Assembly (NCBI GenBank): GCA_034667685.1 | Contig: JAXDQU010000124.1 | Span: forward strand, 1 to 64,000 | Source of the DNA: Thermoplasmata archaeon | GTDB taxonomy: Archaea > Thermoplasmatota > SW-10-69-26 > JACQPN01 > JAJPHT01 | Direction: 5' to 3' | Length of the DNA stretch: 64,000 nt | In this document: piece after piece, positions 8,633 through 17,445 of the stretch | Layout: the number at the start of each line of letters is the position of its first letter | Position numbering within the stretch: position 1 is the stretch's first letter | Position numbers and translations under genes: made by a program | Notes under the pieces: generated by a model | The model's input: the letters and a program-made list of their open reading frames with translations, nothing else | Database searches by the model: none | Told to the model about the DNA's origin: nothing

Positions 8633-10195
8633 CTACTTCTTGGCTGGCCTCGCCTCGCCGGGCGCCGCGGGCGTCAGGACCTTGCCCGCCTCGCCCTTCA
8701 TGACGAGCGTGCGGTGCGGGTAGGGGATGTCGATGCCGTTCGCCTCGAACGTCTTCTTGATCGCGAAGCGCAGGTCGGAGCCGATCTCGTTGCGGTCCTT
8801 GAACTCGGGGATCGTGACGCGCAGCGTGAAGTCGAGGCTCGAGTCGCCGAAGCTCTTGAAGCGCACGCGCGGCTCCCAGGGCGCATCCTTGAGGACCTTC
8901 GGGTGCGCCGCGGCGACCTGCAGCAGCAGGCGCTTGACGACCTCGGGGTCGCTCGCGTAATCGACGCCGACCTCGATGGGCAGGCGGAACTTCGAGTCCG
9001 GCCCTGTGTGGTTGACGATGCGCTTCGTCGCGAGGTTGTTGTTGGGCACGATGATGCTCTCGTGCGTCATGTAGTTGTAGAGCCGGGTCGTGCGCAGGCC
9101 GATCCGCTCGACGCGCGCCGTCTCGCCGCTCTCGAGCATGATATCATCGCCCTCCACGAAGGGCTGGTCGAGCATGAGGAAGACGCCGCTGAACAGGTTG
9201 CTGAACGTGTCCTGCGCGGCGAAGGCGATGACCAGCCCGGCAATGCCCGCGCCCGCGAAGATGATCGTGGGGTCCCAGCCGAGCTGCTTCAACGTCACGA
9301 TGACCGCCGCGACCCAGAAGACCACGACGCCCACCTTGCGCACCACCGGGATGACGACGTCGTCCATCTTCGTCTCGGTCTTCGGCGCGATCTCCTTCTC
9401 GTAGTAGTAGAGCCCCGCGTCGAGGAGCTTGTAGAGCACGTAGAGCCCGAAGATGCCCACGCCGATCGCGACCACGATGCGCGCCACGACCTCGGTGAGG
9501 AAGTTGCGCGGCAGCACGCCGATACTCCCCGAGAGGCCGAAGCTCGCGATGAACAGGAAAAGCGGCAGGCGCAGCTTGCTCGCCATCTCGGTCGAGACGT
9601 ACTTCGCCGCCCGCATCGTCGCGACGCGCACGAGCCAGTTCGCCGCGAAGACCGCGACGACGCCGAGCGCGACCCAGAACGTCATGTCCAGCAGGAACGT
9701 GCCCCAGACGTTGTCGAACGGCGCGCCCAACGGATTCTTGAGCGCATCGAGCACGCGCGGGGGCGCCGCGGAGGCCACCGGCACGTCCGCGGGGATCTTC
9801 GCCACGTCGCCCGTCGCGCTGTTGACCAGGCTGAACGTCACGTGGAACGTCGCCTCCGCGCGGGGAGCGTCGATCGGGCTGAACGTGATCGAGACGTTCG
9901 TCGCCACCGGATCGCCCGCCGCGCGCGCATGGAGCAGGAACTTGTTCGGCTGCACGTCCGCGGGCGCCCAGTCGCGCACGCCATCCACCACGACGCTCAC
10001 GTAGAAATCGGTCGTCGGGTTCAGGTTCGTGAGACCGAACACCGCCGTCGCGTTGCGGCCCGCGTCCGCCGCGAGCTGACCCGCGTCCACGCGCTCCACG
10101 AGCACGGGCGCCGTGTCGGCCGCCGCCGCGAAAGGAATCGCGACGAAGGCAAGGGCGAGGAAGAGGGCGAGGGTGAGGGACGCCGCGCGATCCAT
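8633..10195 (-). CDS. mscS: MscS-family mechanosensitive channel with extracellular N-terminal domain
   Basis: GAGIAGLVIAFAAQDTFSNLFSG, ERIGLRTT, IIVPNNNL, FKSFGDSSLDF, GIDIPYP. Confidence 0.92.
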   Translation of the reverse strand: MDRAASLTLALFLALAFVAIPFAAAADTAPVLVERVDAGQLAADAGRNATAVFGLTNLNPTTDFYVSVVVDGVRDWAPADVQPNKFLLHARAAGDPVATNVSITFSPIDAPRAEATFHVTFSLVNSATGDVAKIPADVPVASAAPPRVLDALKNPLGAPFDNVWGTFLLDMTFWVALGVVAVFAANWLVRVATMRAAKYVSTEMASKLRLPLFLFIASFGLSGSIGVLPRNFLTEVVARIVVAIGVGIFGLYVLYKLLDAGLYYYEKEIAPKTETKMDDVVIPVVRKVGVVVFWVAAVIVTLKQLGWDPTIIFAGAGIAGLVIAFAAQDTFSNLFSGVFLMLDQPFVEGDDIMLESGETARVERIGLRTTRLYNYMTHESIIVPNNNLATKRIVNHTGPDSKFRLPIEVGVDYASDPEVVKRLLLQVAAAHPKVLKDAPWEPRVRFKSFGDSSLDFTLRVTIPEFKDRNEIGSDLRFAIKKTFEANGIDIPYPHRTLVMKGEAGKVLTPAAPGEARPAKK

Positions 10196-10250
10196 CGAAG
10201 CGCCCAGAAGGGCGCTCGCTTTTGGACCTTTCGCGGACGACGCGGCGCAA

Positions 10251-10346
10251 CGAAGGGAAGACGGGAAGCGAGCGAAGAAGGGAAGACGGGAAGAAGGGCC
10301 TCTTCTTCCCAGCTCCCGCCTTCCCTGCTTCCCCTCTTCCCTTCGG
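10251..10346. repeat. Inverted repeat of about 9-nt GGGAAG-type units
   Basis: Purine arm CGAAGGGAAGACGGGAAG... and pyrimidine arm ...CTTCCCCTCTTCCCTTCG. Confidence 0.75.
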
Positions 10347-10388
10347 CGGAGGGAAAGGGCTTTGACGCAGCACGCATGAGGGGGGCTT

Positions 10389-10612
10389 GCCTGCCCGCGG
10401 CACTCCTGCCCCCGACCCATGACGGGGCCACGCCGCGGCTCGCGCACACGGATCCCCGGCCCAATGGGCCACCGCCAGAGCGGGGCGCGCGCCCCAGGCG
10501 TTGAATGCGGTTCAACCGGGGATCGAAGACTCACTGTCCCCAGCCCCCGAAACCCGACAGACGCGGGTCAGGAAGAGGAGACCGCAGGGCGGAGTGATGC
10601 CTGCCGGCGGAC
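10389..10612 (+). ncRNA. Structured ncRNA, HgcG-like
   Basis: 5' GGCACTCCTGCCC pairs with 3' GGGCGGAGTGATGCC; core GGCGTTGAATGCGGTTCAACCGGGG...CCCAGCCCCCGAAACCC...CAGACGC...GGAAGAGGAGACCGC resembles archaeal HgcG as I recall it; BRE/TATA-like AAAGGGCTTTGAC upstream; no credible ORF. Confidence 0.6.
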
Positions 10613-10716
10613 GAGGAATTGAGCTGTTTGCGTCTGGCAACAAGGGGCTCGGGACAAGGCAGAGAGGCTTCCGCCCAATCGAACCCTTCATGCCATCGGG
10701 CCAGGGTCCCGTCCGT

Positions 10717-11133
10717 GTGGCCGTCGCCGCCGGCACGCAGGACCTCAGCCCCTCCGAAGAGCTGAGCCGCATCCTGCACGAGGTGCTCCAATCGCTCCAG
10801 GCCAGCCTCTCGGGCATCCTGGGAAGCGTGCTCGTGGACGACAGCGGCCTGCCCCTCGCCTGGGACCTCAAGGGCGGCGCCGACCCCACGCTGATCGCCA
10901 CCGCCGGCGCCATGCTATCACGCACCAGCGACCGCACCACCGAGATCCTCGACTTCGGCACCCTGCGCAACGTCATCCTCGCCTCCGACAAAGGCACCAT
11001 CGGCGTCTTCCGCGTCAGCGCCCGCACGAGCCTCGTCGTCCTCCTGCAGCCAAGCACCAACAACATCCTCGCCACCGTCGAGATCCACAAGGCCCTCGAC
11101 CGCCTCCGGCAGGTGATCGCCCCTGGTTTCTGA
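10717..11133 (+). CDS. Roadblock/LC7 domain protein
   Basis: GILGSVLVDDSGLPLA...LIATAGAML...VILASDKGTIGVF pattern; start GTG 10717 or ATG 10690. Confidence 0.85.
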   Translation: MAVAAGTQDLSPSEELSRILHEVLQSLQASLSGILGSVLVDDSGLPLAWDLKGGADPTLIATAGAMLSRTSDRTTEILDFGTLRNVILASDKGTIGVFRVSARTSLVVLLQPSTNNILATVEIHKALDRLRQVIAPGF

Positions 11134-11587
11134 GCAGACCCTGTTCGGCCTCGAGATCGCCCAGTTCGCCTGCGCGATCCTCGCGGTCATGATCGTCCTG
11201 CGCATCCTCTACATCCTGAACGCCAACCCCATCGGCGAGTTCGCCCAGGAGCTGGTCTACCTCCGCATCCGCGAGCTGCGCACCGCCGGCTACGCCGTCC
11301 TCGTCGTCCTCCTCATCGAGACCGCGCAGCTCCTCATCCCCTTCCTTACCCGCCAAGGCATCCTCCACGAAGCGCCCGACCTCGTCCCCATCCTCAACAC
11401 CGCCGAAGGCGTCCTCATCCTCGTCGCCGCCGGCCTCGTCCTCCTCGTCGTGCGCCGCTACACCCACCGCGCGCTGGACCGCCGCATCCGCGAAAGCATG
11501 GAGACGCTCGCCTACCTCGAAGGACAACGCCGGCGGAGGCGCAGCCTGGAGCGGGGCGAAGTGCAACCGGTCGAGGAAGAGGATTGA
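11123..11587 (+). CDS. Multi-TM membrane protein, probable CTG start
   Basis: SD-like AGGTGAT just before an in-frame CTG; first ATG at 11189 lies inside TM1. Confidence 0.7.
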   Translation: MVSEQTLFGLEIAQFACAILAVMIVLRILYILNANPIGEFAQELVYLRIRELRTAGYAVLVVLLIETAQLLIPFLTRQGILHEAPDLVPILNTAEGVLILVAAGLVLLVVRRYTHRALDRRIRESMETLAYLEGQRRRRRSLERGEVQPVEEED

Positions 11588-11638
11588 GGCGCATCTGAAC
11601 GTTCAGGTGACCACATGGTCAGGTGAACGTTCAGATGC
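11587..11638. repeat. Palindromic element with TGAACGTTCA cores, left copy
   Basis: GCATCTGAACGTTCA...TGAACGTTCAGATGC; 19-bp exact direct repeat with 12012-12030. Confidence 0.85.
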
Positions 11639-11963
11639 TTCCAGGACCACCCTGCCGCCAGCGCTCGCGAAGCACGAGACGCGCGACCCGATCCCCCTCT
11701 TCCGTAATGCGATACACGGGGCGCCGCCAATGGCCATGCCTGGTCACGAAGCCGAGGCTCCGGTGCGACTGGTCGGGGCGGTAGTACGGCATGCGCCCGG
11801 CGTAGACCCACTTCACGCGTCCCGGGGGGATCGCGGCGGCGCGAGCAAGCTGGTTCGTCCGCGCTTCGCGGAGATGGTGGAGCGCGATGAGCATCCGGAC
11901 GCTGGCGACGCTGCGGCGCAGCGCGTGTTCGACCTGGGTGTCGCGGGCTGGCTTCGACATCAC
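11631..11963 (-). CDS. Winged-helix regulator, EarA/DUF1495-like
   Basis: ALRRS...LARAA...YAG...Y...S...LGFV...YRITEEG pattern. Confidence 0.65.
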   Translation of the reverse strand: MMSKPARDTQVEHALRRSVASVRMLIALHHLREARTNQLARAAAIPPGRVKWVYAGRMPYYRPDQSHRSLGFVTRHGHWRRPVYRITEEGDRVARLVLRERWRQGGPGSI

Positions 11964-12011
11964 GGCGGCCGTGGGACGAGGTTGGCTTACCTCTTATCCG
12001 GAGGTCGCCCC

Positions 12012-12064
12012 AGGCGCATCTGAACGTTCACATGACCGTGTGGTCAGGTGCGCGTTCAGGTGAC
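12012..12064. repeat. Palindromic TGAACGTTCA element, right copy
   Basis: AGGCGCATCTGAACGTTCACATGACCGTGTGGTCAGGTGCGCGTTCAGGTGAC. Confidence 0.8.
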
Positions 12065-12074
12065 TTGGGGTCGC

Positions 12075-13652
12075 TCACTTTCCCTTCTTCGTCCACTTCG
12101 GCGCGCGGAATTCCGTCATCCATTGCACCAGCAGTCGCACGCCGACGCCCGTGGATTTCTCGGGGCAGTATTCTTCGTTGAATCGGGGGGAGGCGCCTTC
12201 GTGCCAGGCGGTGCTGGCGATGTCGAGGTGGGTCCAGGGGTACTGCCCGTCGACGAAGTGGTCGAGGAACTTGCCCGCGGTCACGGCGCTGGCGATCCGG
12301 CCGGCGCTGTTCTTGACGTCGGCGACCTGCGACTTGATCATCTCGCCGTATTCGTCGAAGAAGGGGAGGGGCCAGACGCGCTCGTTGGTGATATCACCGG
12401 CCGCGCGCAGGGCGGAGAGCAGCTCGTCGGAGTTGCCCATGCCGGCGATGGCGTGGTGGCCCACGGCGATGACGCAGCCGCCGGTGAGGGTGGAGAGCTC
12501 GACGAGGGCGTCGGGCTCGTAGCGGGCGGCGTAGTGGAGGGCGTCGCTGAGGATCACGCGTCCTTCGGCGTCGGTGTTGATGATCTCGATGGTCTTGCCG
12601 CTCAGGGTCGTGACGACGTCGCCGGGCTTGTAGGCGTTGCCGGAGGGGAGGTTGTCGGTGAAGGGGGCGAGGGCGATGACGCGGAGGGGGAGTTCGAGGC
12701 GCTTGGCGGCGACGACCGCTGCCATGACGGCGCTGGCGCCCGACTTGTCCATCTTCATCGCTTCCATGCCGTCGGCGGGCTTGATGGAGATGCCGCCGCT
12801 GTCGAACGTGATGCCTTTGCCGACCAGCACGACCGTGCGTTTCGCGTCCTTGGGGGCGTGCTCCAGGATGCAGAAGCGCGGCTCGCGGACGCTGCCCCGC
12901 GCGACGGCCAGCACGCCGCCCATGCCGAGCTTCTCGATCTCGGCCTTGTTCATGACGTGAGCTTTGAGGCCGTGCTCGCGGGCGAGGGCGTGGACGCGTT
13001 CGCCGTAGCGCTCGGGGGCGGCGTCGTCGCCGCTCCAGGCGGCCCAGTCGCGGCATTGGTTCGTGGCCTCGGCGATGATGGCGCCGACGCGCGCTCCCTC
13101 GGTGGCGGCGCGGGCGGCGGGGGCGCGCTTGTCGACGAGAACGAGGCGCGCGAGGGGCTTCTTGCCTTCGTCCTTCTTCTTGGCGCCCTTGTAGACGTCG
13201 AGCTTGTAGAGGCCCAGGAGCGCGCCTTCGGCCATGGCCTGCGCGACGTCGCGCGGCGCGAGGCCTGCGCCGCCCACGCCCAGGAGGACGCTGCGCGCTT
13301 CGGTGACGCCGAGGTCGCGGGCGCGGCGGGCGACGATCGCGCTGACGCGGCGCACCTTGTCGGGCGTGAGCTTCTCGACGGGCCCCATGCCCACCAGCAG
13401 GACGCGTTTGATATCACCCGACGCGGGGTGGACCATGACGGTCTCCTTGAGCTTGCCCTTGAAGTCGCCCGCGGCGAGCACGCGGGAGAGGGCGCCGCCG
13501 GTCGCTTCGTCGACGGCCTTGGTGACGCCGCCGAAGGATTCGACGCCTTCGAACGCGTCGACGATCAGCAGCTCGGCGGCCTGCTTCGTGACGTCCGCAT
13601 GCTCGACGGTGACCACGACGCCCTTGGGCTCGGCGGGCTTCCCCTTCGCCAT
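12075..13652 (-). CDS. pepA: Leucyl aminopeptidase (M17)
   Basis: VGKGITFDSGGISIKP, MKMDKSGA, NTDAEGR, TLTGG, WTHLDIA. Confidence 0.95.
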   Translation of the reverse strand: MAKGKPAEPKGVVVTVEHADVTKQAAELLIVDAFEGVESFGGVTKAVDEATGGALSRVLAAGDFKGKLKETVMVHPASGDIKRVLLVGMGPVEKLTPDKVRRVSAIVARRARDLGVTEARSVLLGVGGAGLAPRDVAQAMAEGALLGLYKLDVYKGAKKKDEGKKPLARLVLVDKRAPAARAATEGARVGAIIAEATNQCRDWAAWSGDDAAPERYGERVHALAREHGLKAHVMNKAEIEKLGMGGVLAVARGSVREPRFCILEHAPKDAKRTVVLVGKGITFDSGGISIKPADGMEAMKMDKSGASAVMAAVVAAKRLELPLRVIALAPFTDNLPSGNAYKPGDVVTTLSGKTIEIINTDAEGRVILSDALHYAARYEPDALVELSTLTGGCVIAVGHHAIAGMGNSDELLSALRAAGDITNERVWPLPFFDEYGEMIKSQVADVKNSAGRIASAVTAGKFLDHFVDGQYPWTHLDIASTAWHEGASPRFNEEYCPEKSTGVGVRLLVQWMTEFRAPKWTKKGK

Positions 13653-13732
13653 GCGGCGCGCAGCAGGCCGCGGCGGTCTAAGCGTTGCGGCCTCGACAGG
13701 ATCATCCGTCGTGGCGCGATTGCCCGCAGCGC

Positions 13733-13912
13733 ATGAAGCTCGTCCTCGTGTTCGCGCTCGTCGCCCTTGCCTTCGCGCCCGTGCTCGTCGCCCCCGCCGC
13801 GGAGGCGGGCCCGCAGTGCATCGAGGTCTACCCGTGGAGCGATCTCTGCCACGGCGACGTCTCGGGATTCCTCTGCGACGAGCACGTCGCGTGCCTCGAG
13901 ACGGGGCCGTAG
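13733..13912 (+). CDS. Small secreted four-Cys peptide (59 aa)
   Basis: Signal peptide ending AEA; mature GPQCIEVYPWSDLCHGDVSGFLCDEHVACLETGP. Confidence 0.7.
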   Translation: MKLVLVFALVALAFAPVLVAPAAEAGPQCIEVYPWSDLCHGDVSGFLCDEHVACLETGP

Positions 13913-13918
13913 GCCGGA

Positions 13919-15280
13919 TCAGACGATCGTCGAGCCGCCGGTCTGCTTCGCCACGACGAGGTCGCTGTAGGTGAAGATCAGCTTGCCAGGCGCGACGGAG
14001 ACGGGGCTGGTGTGCACGGCGTCCGTGAACGGCACGTCGCGCGGGTACGCCACGAGCAGGTTGCCGGCGGCGTCGATGCGGGCCTCGAAGAAGTCGTACA
14101 CGCGGCGGTCGTACGGCGTCGGGTAGGGCCCGAGGCCGAGGTTCTGCGGACCGACGCACGCCAGGCCCGAGGTGCAGATGCTCCCCTGGTGGAAGCCGGC
14201 CGCGATGGTGCTCGTCGCGTAGAACGGGAGCTGCGCGTTGGCGTCCAGGCTCTGCGCGAGGCGCACGTCCCAGAGCGTCGTGGGGCCCGAGAGGTCGGGC
14301 GAGGCGAGCACCTCCGCGCCGCTGGTCTCGTAGAACGCGACGTCGACCTTGCCGGCCGCGCCCGCGACGATCCACGGGTAGACCGCGGTGCGCCCGCTGT
14401 CCGAGACCGCGAGGGGCGTGGTCCAGTGCGCGCCCTGGTCGGCGCTGCGCGCGACGTAGACGCGGCACGCGGTGCTCGCGACGCCGCCGATGCCGCCGCA
14501 GTTGTCCCACGCGCCGTAGAGGACGCCCGCGGCGTCCTGCGCGAGGGTCGGGAAGTGGATGCCGTTGGCGCGCGCGCCGGCCGCGTGGCTCGTCCACGAG
14601 ATGCCATCCGCGCTGCGCATGACGATGACGCTGCCGCAGTCGTCGTAGAGGAAGTACCACGCGCCGTCCGTGCCCACGCTGATCGGGCCGGGGATGCACT
14701 CGTCGCTGGCGAGGACGACGGGGCCGGTCCAGGTGACGCCCGCGTCGGTGGTGCGGAAGAGGTCGATGTCGGAGCCGCAGCGCACGGTGAGGATGGCTTC
14801 GCCGTTGCCGCGCGCGCCGATCCACTGGCGGTCGCAGCCGGCGGTGCCCGCGTTGGGCGTGAGGCTCTGCTGGCGGATCCATGCGTGGCCCCCGTCGAGG
14901 GAGACCTGCACGGGCGTGATGGTGTTGAGCGAGCCGTCGGTGAGCGCGGCGAGGTAGAGGACGCCGTTCGCGTCGCGCGCCATCGAGGCGTCGCCGTTCG
15001 TCTGCACGGCGGGCGAGGCGTCGAAGGGACCCTGCGCGAACTGCGAGTACGAGCCGCCTCCGTCCGTCGAGCCGTAGACGCCGAAGGCGGGCGCGGTGGC
15101 CCAGACGCGGGCGGGCGTCACGCTGGCGTCGACGAGCACGCTGGGCTCGCCCATCTGCCCGAGCATCGGCGCGGCGAGCACCTGCGCGAAGCTGGGCGGG
15201 GCGCTGGCGGGCGCCTGCCCCACGGGGGTGATGCCCAGGCTGGCGAGAAGGAGGACGGCGATCGTGGCGACGCGGAGCAT
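13919..15280 (-). CDS. Secreted Asp-box (BNR) beta-propeller, sialidase-like
   Basis: Signal peptide; STDGGGSY, SLDGGHAW, TTDAGVTW, SADQGAHW boxes. Confidence 0.85.
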   Translation of the reverse strand: MLRVATIAVLLLASLGITPVGQAPASAPPSFAQVLAAPMLGQMGEPSVLVDASVTPARVWATAPAFGVYGSTDGGGSYSQFAQGPFDASPAVQTNGDASMARDANGVLYLAALTDGSLNTITPVQVSLDGGHAWIRQQSLTPNAGTAGCDRQWIGARGNGEAILTVRCGSDIDLFRTTDAGVTWTGPVVLASDECIPGPISVGTDGAWYFLYDDCGSVIVMRSADGISWTSHAAGARANGIHFPTLAQDAAGVLYGAWDNCGGIGGVASTACRVYVARSADQGAHWTTPLAVSDSGRTAVYPWIVAGAAGKVDVAFYETSGAEVLASPDLSGPTTLWDVRLAQSLDANAQLPFYATSTIAAGFHQGSICTSGLACVGPQNLGLGPYPTPYDRRVYDFFEARIDAAGNLLVAYPRDVPFTDAVHTSPVSVAPGKLIFTYSDLVVAKQTGGSTIV

Positions 15281-15352
15281 GCCTCGGACCCCGCGCCGAA
15301 GGTGGACGCGCGGCCTATGAAGCCTCGCGCTGTCACGCCGGGGGGTGACCGT

Positions 15353-16507
15353 CTACTGCGGCAGCCAGCCCTTCAGCAGCGCCCCGCCGATGACCACGCG
15401 CTGGATCTCGTTGGTGCCCTCGTAGATCTGCGTGATCTTGGCGTCGCGGAAGTGGCGCTCGGCCGCGTAGTCGGTCGTGTAGCCGTTGCCGCCGTGGATC
15501 TGCACGCACTCGGTCGCGGCCCACATGGCGGTGTCGCCCGCGTAGCACTTCGCCATCGCGGCGGCCGGGCCGTAGTCCTTGCCCGCGTCCTTGAGCGACG
15601 CCGCCTGGTAGGTGAGGAGGCGCGCGGCCTGGACGCGCATCGCCATGTCGGCGAGCTTGAACTGGATGGCCTGGAAGTCCGCGATGGGCTTGCCGAACTG
15701 CTCGCGCTCCTTGGCGTACGCGATGCTCTCCTCGAGGCACGCCTGCGCGATGCCCAGCGCCTGTGCGGCGATGCCGATGCGCCCGCCGTCAAGCGTCTTC
15801 ATCGCGATCTTGAACCCGTCGCCCTCCTTGCCCAGGAGGTTCTCGTGGGGGACCTCGACGTTGTCGAAGTAGAGCTGCGTGCTGTGCGCGGCGCGGATGC
15901 CGACCTTGTGCTCGGGCTCGCTCCACGTGAAGCCCGGCATGCCCTTCTCCACGAGGAGCGCGCTCATGCCCTTGTGGCGCTGCGAGGGGTCGGTCTTGCA
16001 GAAGACGATGACCGTGTCCGCGTGGCCGCCGTTCGTGATGAAGTTCTTCTGGCCGTTGAGGACGAAGTGGTCGCCCTTCTTCACGGCCGTGCTCTGGCCG
16101 CCGGCGGGGTCGCTGCCCGCGACGGGCTCGCTGAGGCCGTACGCGCCCAGCTTGTGGCCCTGGGCGTAGGGCTTGGCGAACTTCTCGTGCTGGGCCGCGG
16201 TGCCGAAGGTGGTGACGGGCCAGAGGTAGAGCGAGTTGTTCACCGAGGCGATGACGCCGTGGCTCGCGCACACGCGGCTGAGCTCCTCGATCGCGATGGC
16301 GTAGCTGACCATGTCCGCGCCGGCGCCGCCCAGCTCCGCGGGCGTGTTGAGGCCCAGCAGGCCAAGCTCGGCCATCTTCGGAATGTTCTCCGCGGGCCAG
16401 CGCTTCTCCTGGTCGGCCTTGGCGGCGATGGGGCGCACGTTCTTCTCGGCGAACTCGCGCACCGTCTGCCGGATCAGCGTCTGGTCCGAGGTCAGCTCGA
16501 ACTGCAT
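15353..16507 (-). CDS. Acyl-CoA dehydrogenase
   Basis: YGLSEPVAGSD, LNGQKNFITN, REQFGKPI, IHGGNGY, IYEGTNEIQR. Confidence 0.95.
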   Translation of the reverse strand: MQFELTSDQTLIRQTVREFAEKNVRPIAAKADQEKRWPAENIPKMAELGLLGLNTPAELGGAGADMVSYAIAIEELSRVCASHGVIASVNNSLYLWPVTTFGTAAQHEKFAKPYAQGHKLGAYGLSEPVAGSDPAGGQSTAVKKGDHFVLNGQKNFITNGGHADTVIVFCKTDPSQRHKGMSALLVEKGMPGFTWSEPEHKVGIRAAHSTQLYFDNVEVPHENLLGKEGDGFKIAMKTLDGGRIGIAAQALGIAQACLEESIAYAKEREQFGKPIADFQAIQFKLADMAMRVQAARLLTYQAASLKDAGKDYGPAAAMAKCYAGDTAMWAATECVQIHGGNGYTTDYAAERHFRDAKITQIYEGTNEIQRVVIGGALLKGWLPQ

Positions 16508-16644
16508 GGCGCGGCGATCAGGACTTGGCTATTTGAGCCTGAGCCCGAGCCATCGGCTTGGGGTGGCTCCTTTCCAGACACCGAGAATCCCGGAATCCGC
16601 GCGGATGCCTCGGATGCGCGGTGTTGGGAAGGGAGCGCAACCGC

Positions 16645-17250
16645 TCACAGCTTGCGAAGCGCGAACTTGAGCCCCTGCGCGGGACCGACGTTCGGATCGA
16701 ACTTGAGCAGCTTCGGGAAATGATAGCCCGAGTGGAACCACTTGCCGAAGTGCAGGCTCCGCTGCACGCAGACCCAATCGACGCTGAAGCGCACCGGCGA
16801 CTGCGTGACGAGCGGGCTGTCGGGGCGGCGCGAGGGATCGAGGAAGTCGAAGCTCTCGGGCACGAAGTGGCGGTAGTGCGTGACCTCGTGCCAGTCGTTG
16901 CGCGAGCCGGCGTAGGGCACGCCGATGACGAAGTAGCCGCCCGGCGCCAGGATGCGGTGGATCTCGCCGAGCACCTGGAGCAGGCCGTCGTTGTCGCCGA
17001 TGCGCGGCGGGATGTGCTCCAGGACCTGCTCCGCGAGGATGTAGTCGAAGCTCGCGTCCTTGACGGGCCAGGGCAGCTCGAAGAGGTCGAAGCGCTCGTC
17101 CGCCTTCGGCGCGAAGCGGTCCGCGTTGGTCCAGCCCGGCCGGTAGTCGAACCCGCAGCCCAGGTTCATCTTGCGCGGAAAGTCGGCCAGCGTCTTGCCG
17201 GGTGGCGTCCAGCCGTCCCGGATCAGGCGCAGCGTGCGGGGGGTGAGCAA
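16645..17250 (-). CDS. Class I SAM-dependent methyltransferase domain protein
   Basis: NLGCG, SFDYI...VLEHI, EIHRILAPGG. Confidence 0.85.
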   Translation of the reverse strand: MLTPRTLRLIRDGWTPPGKTLADFPRKMNLGCGFDYRPGWTNADRFAPKADERFDLFELPWPVKDASFDYILAEQVLEHIPPRIGDNDGLLQVLGEIHRILAPGGYFVIGVPYAGSRNDWHEVTHYRHFVPESFDFLDPSRRPDSPLVTQSPVRFSVDWVCVQRSLHFGKWFHSGYHFPKLLKFDPNVGPAQGLKFALRKL

Positions 17251-17294
17251 CGGCGGCGCAGCCCAGGATCGGACGATGAAGGTTGCCTATTGCG

Positions 17295-17385
17295 CGGGGC
17301 TCTGGGCTCAGGACTCGGGACTCAGGGGTCTCCGGTTGCAGGCAGGCGGGAGCCCAGAGTCCCGAGTCCTGAGCCCAGAGCCCCG
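17295..17385. repeat. Heptamer-unit inverted-repeat element, copy 3
   Basis: Near-identical to 442-536 including the loop TCTCCGGxTGCAG. Confidence 0.85.
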
Positions 17386-17410
17386 CCAGCGGCCATTCTG
17401 TTCACGCCGG

Positions 17411-17433
17411 AACAGTTAAGTCACGAAACGATT
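17411..17433 (+). promoter_or_regulatory. Putative promoter and MarR operator
   Basis: AT-rich imperfect dyad AACAGTTAAGTCACGAAACGATT just before marR. Confidence 0.4.
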
Positions 17434-17445
17434 GAACGGCCCGCG

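Noticed and set aside
10389-10612. RNase P or SRP RNA
   Set aside because: Lacks GAGGAAAGTCC/ACAGAA-type RNase P motifs and the SRP helix 8 motif; HgcG-like fits better
12075-14882. Long N-terminal extensions in the track (pepA; also thiolase, mscS, tuf, Lon, ABC ATPase, fibrillarin, pyrD)
   Set aside because: Extensions overlap other genes or repeats; starts were reset to domain boundaries and TATA or SD positions
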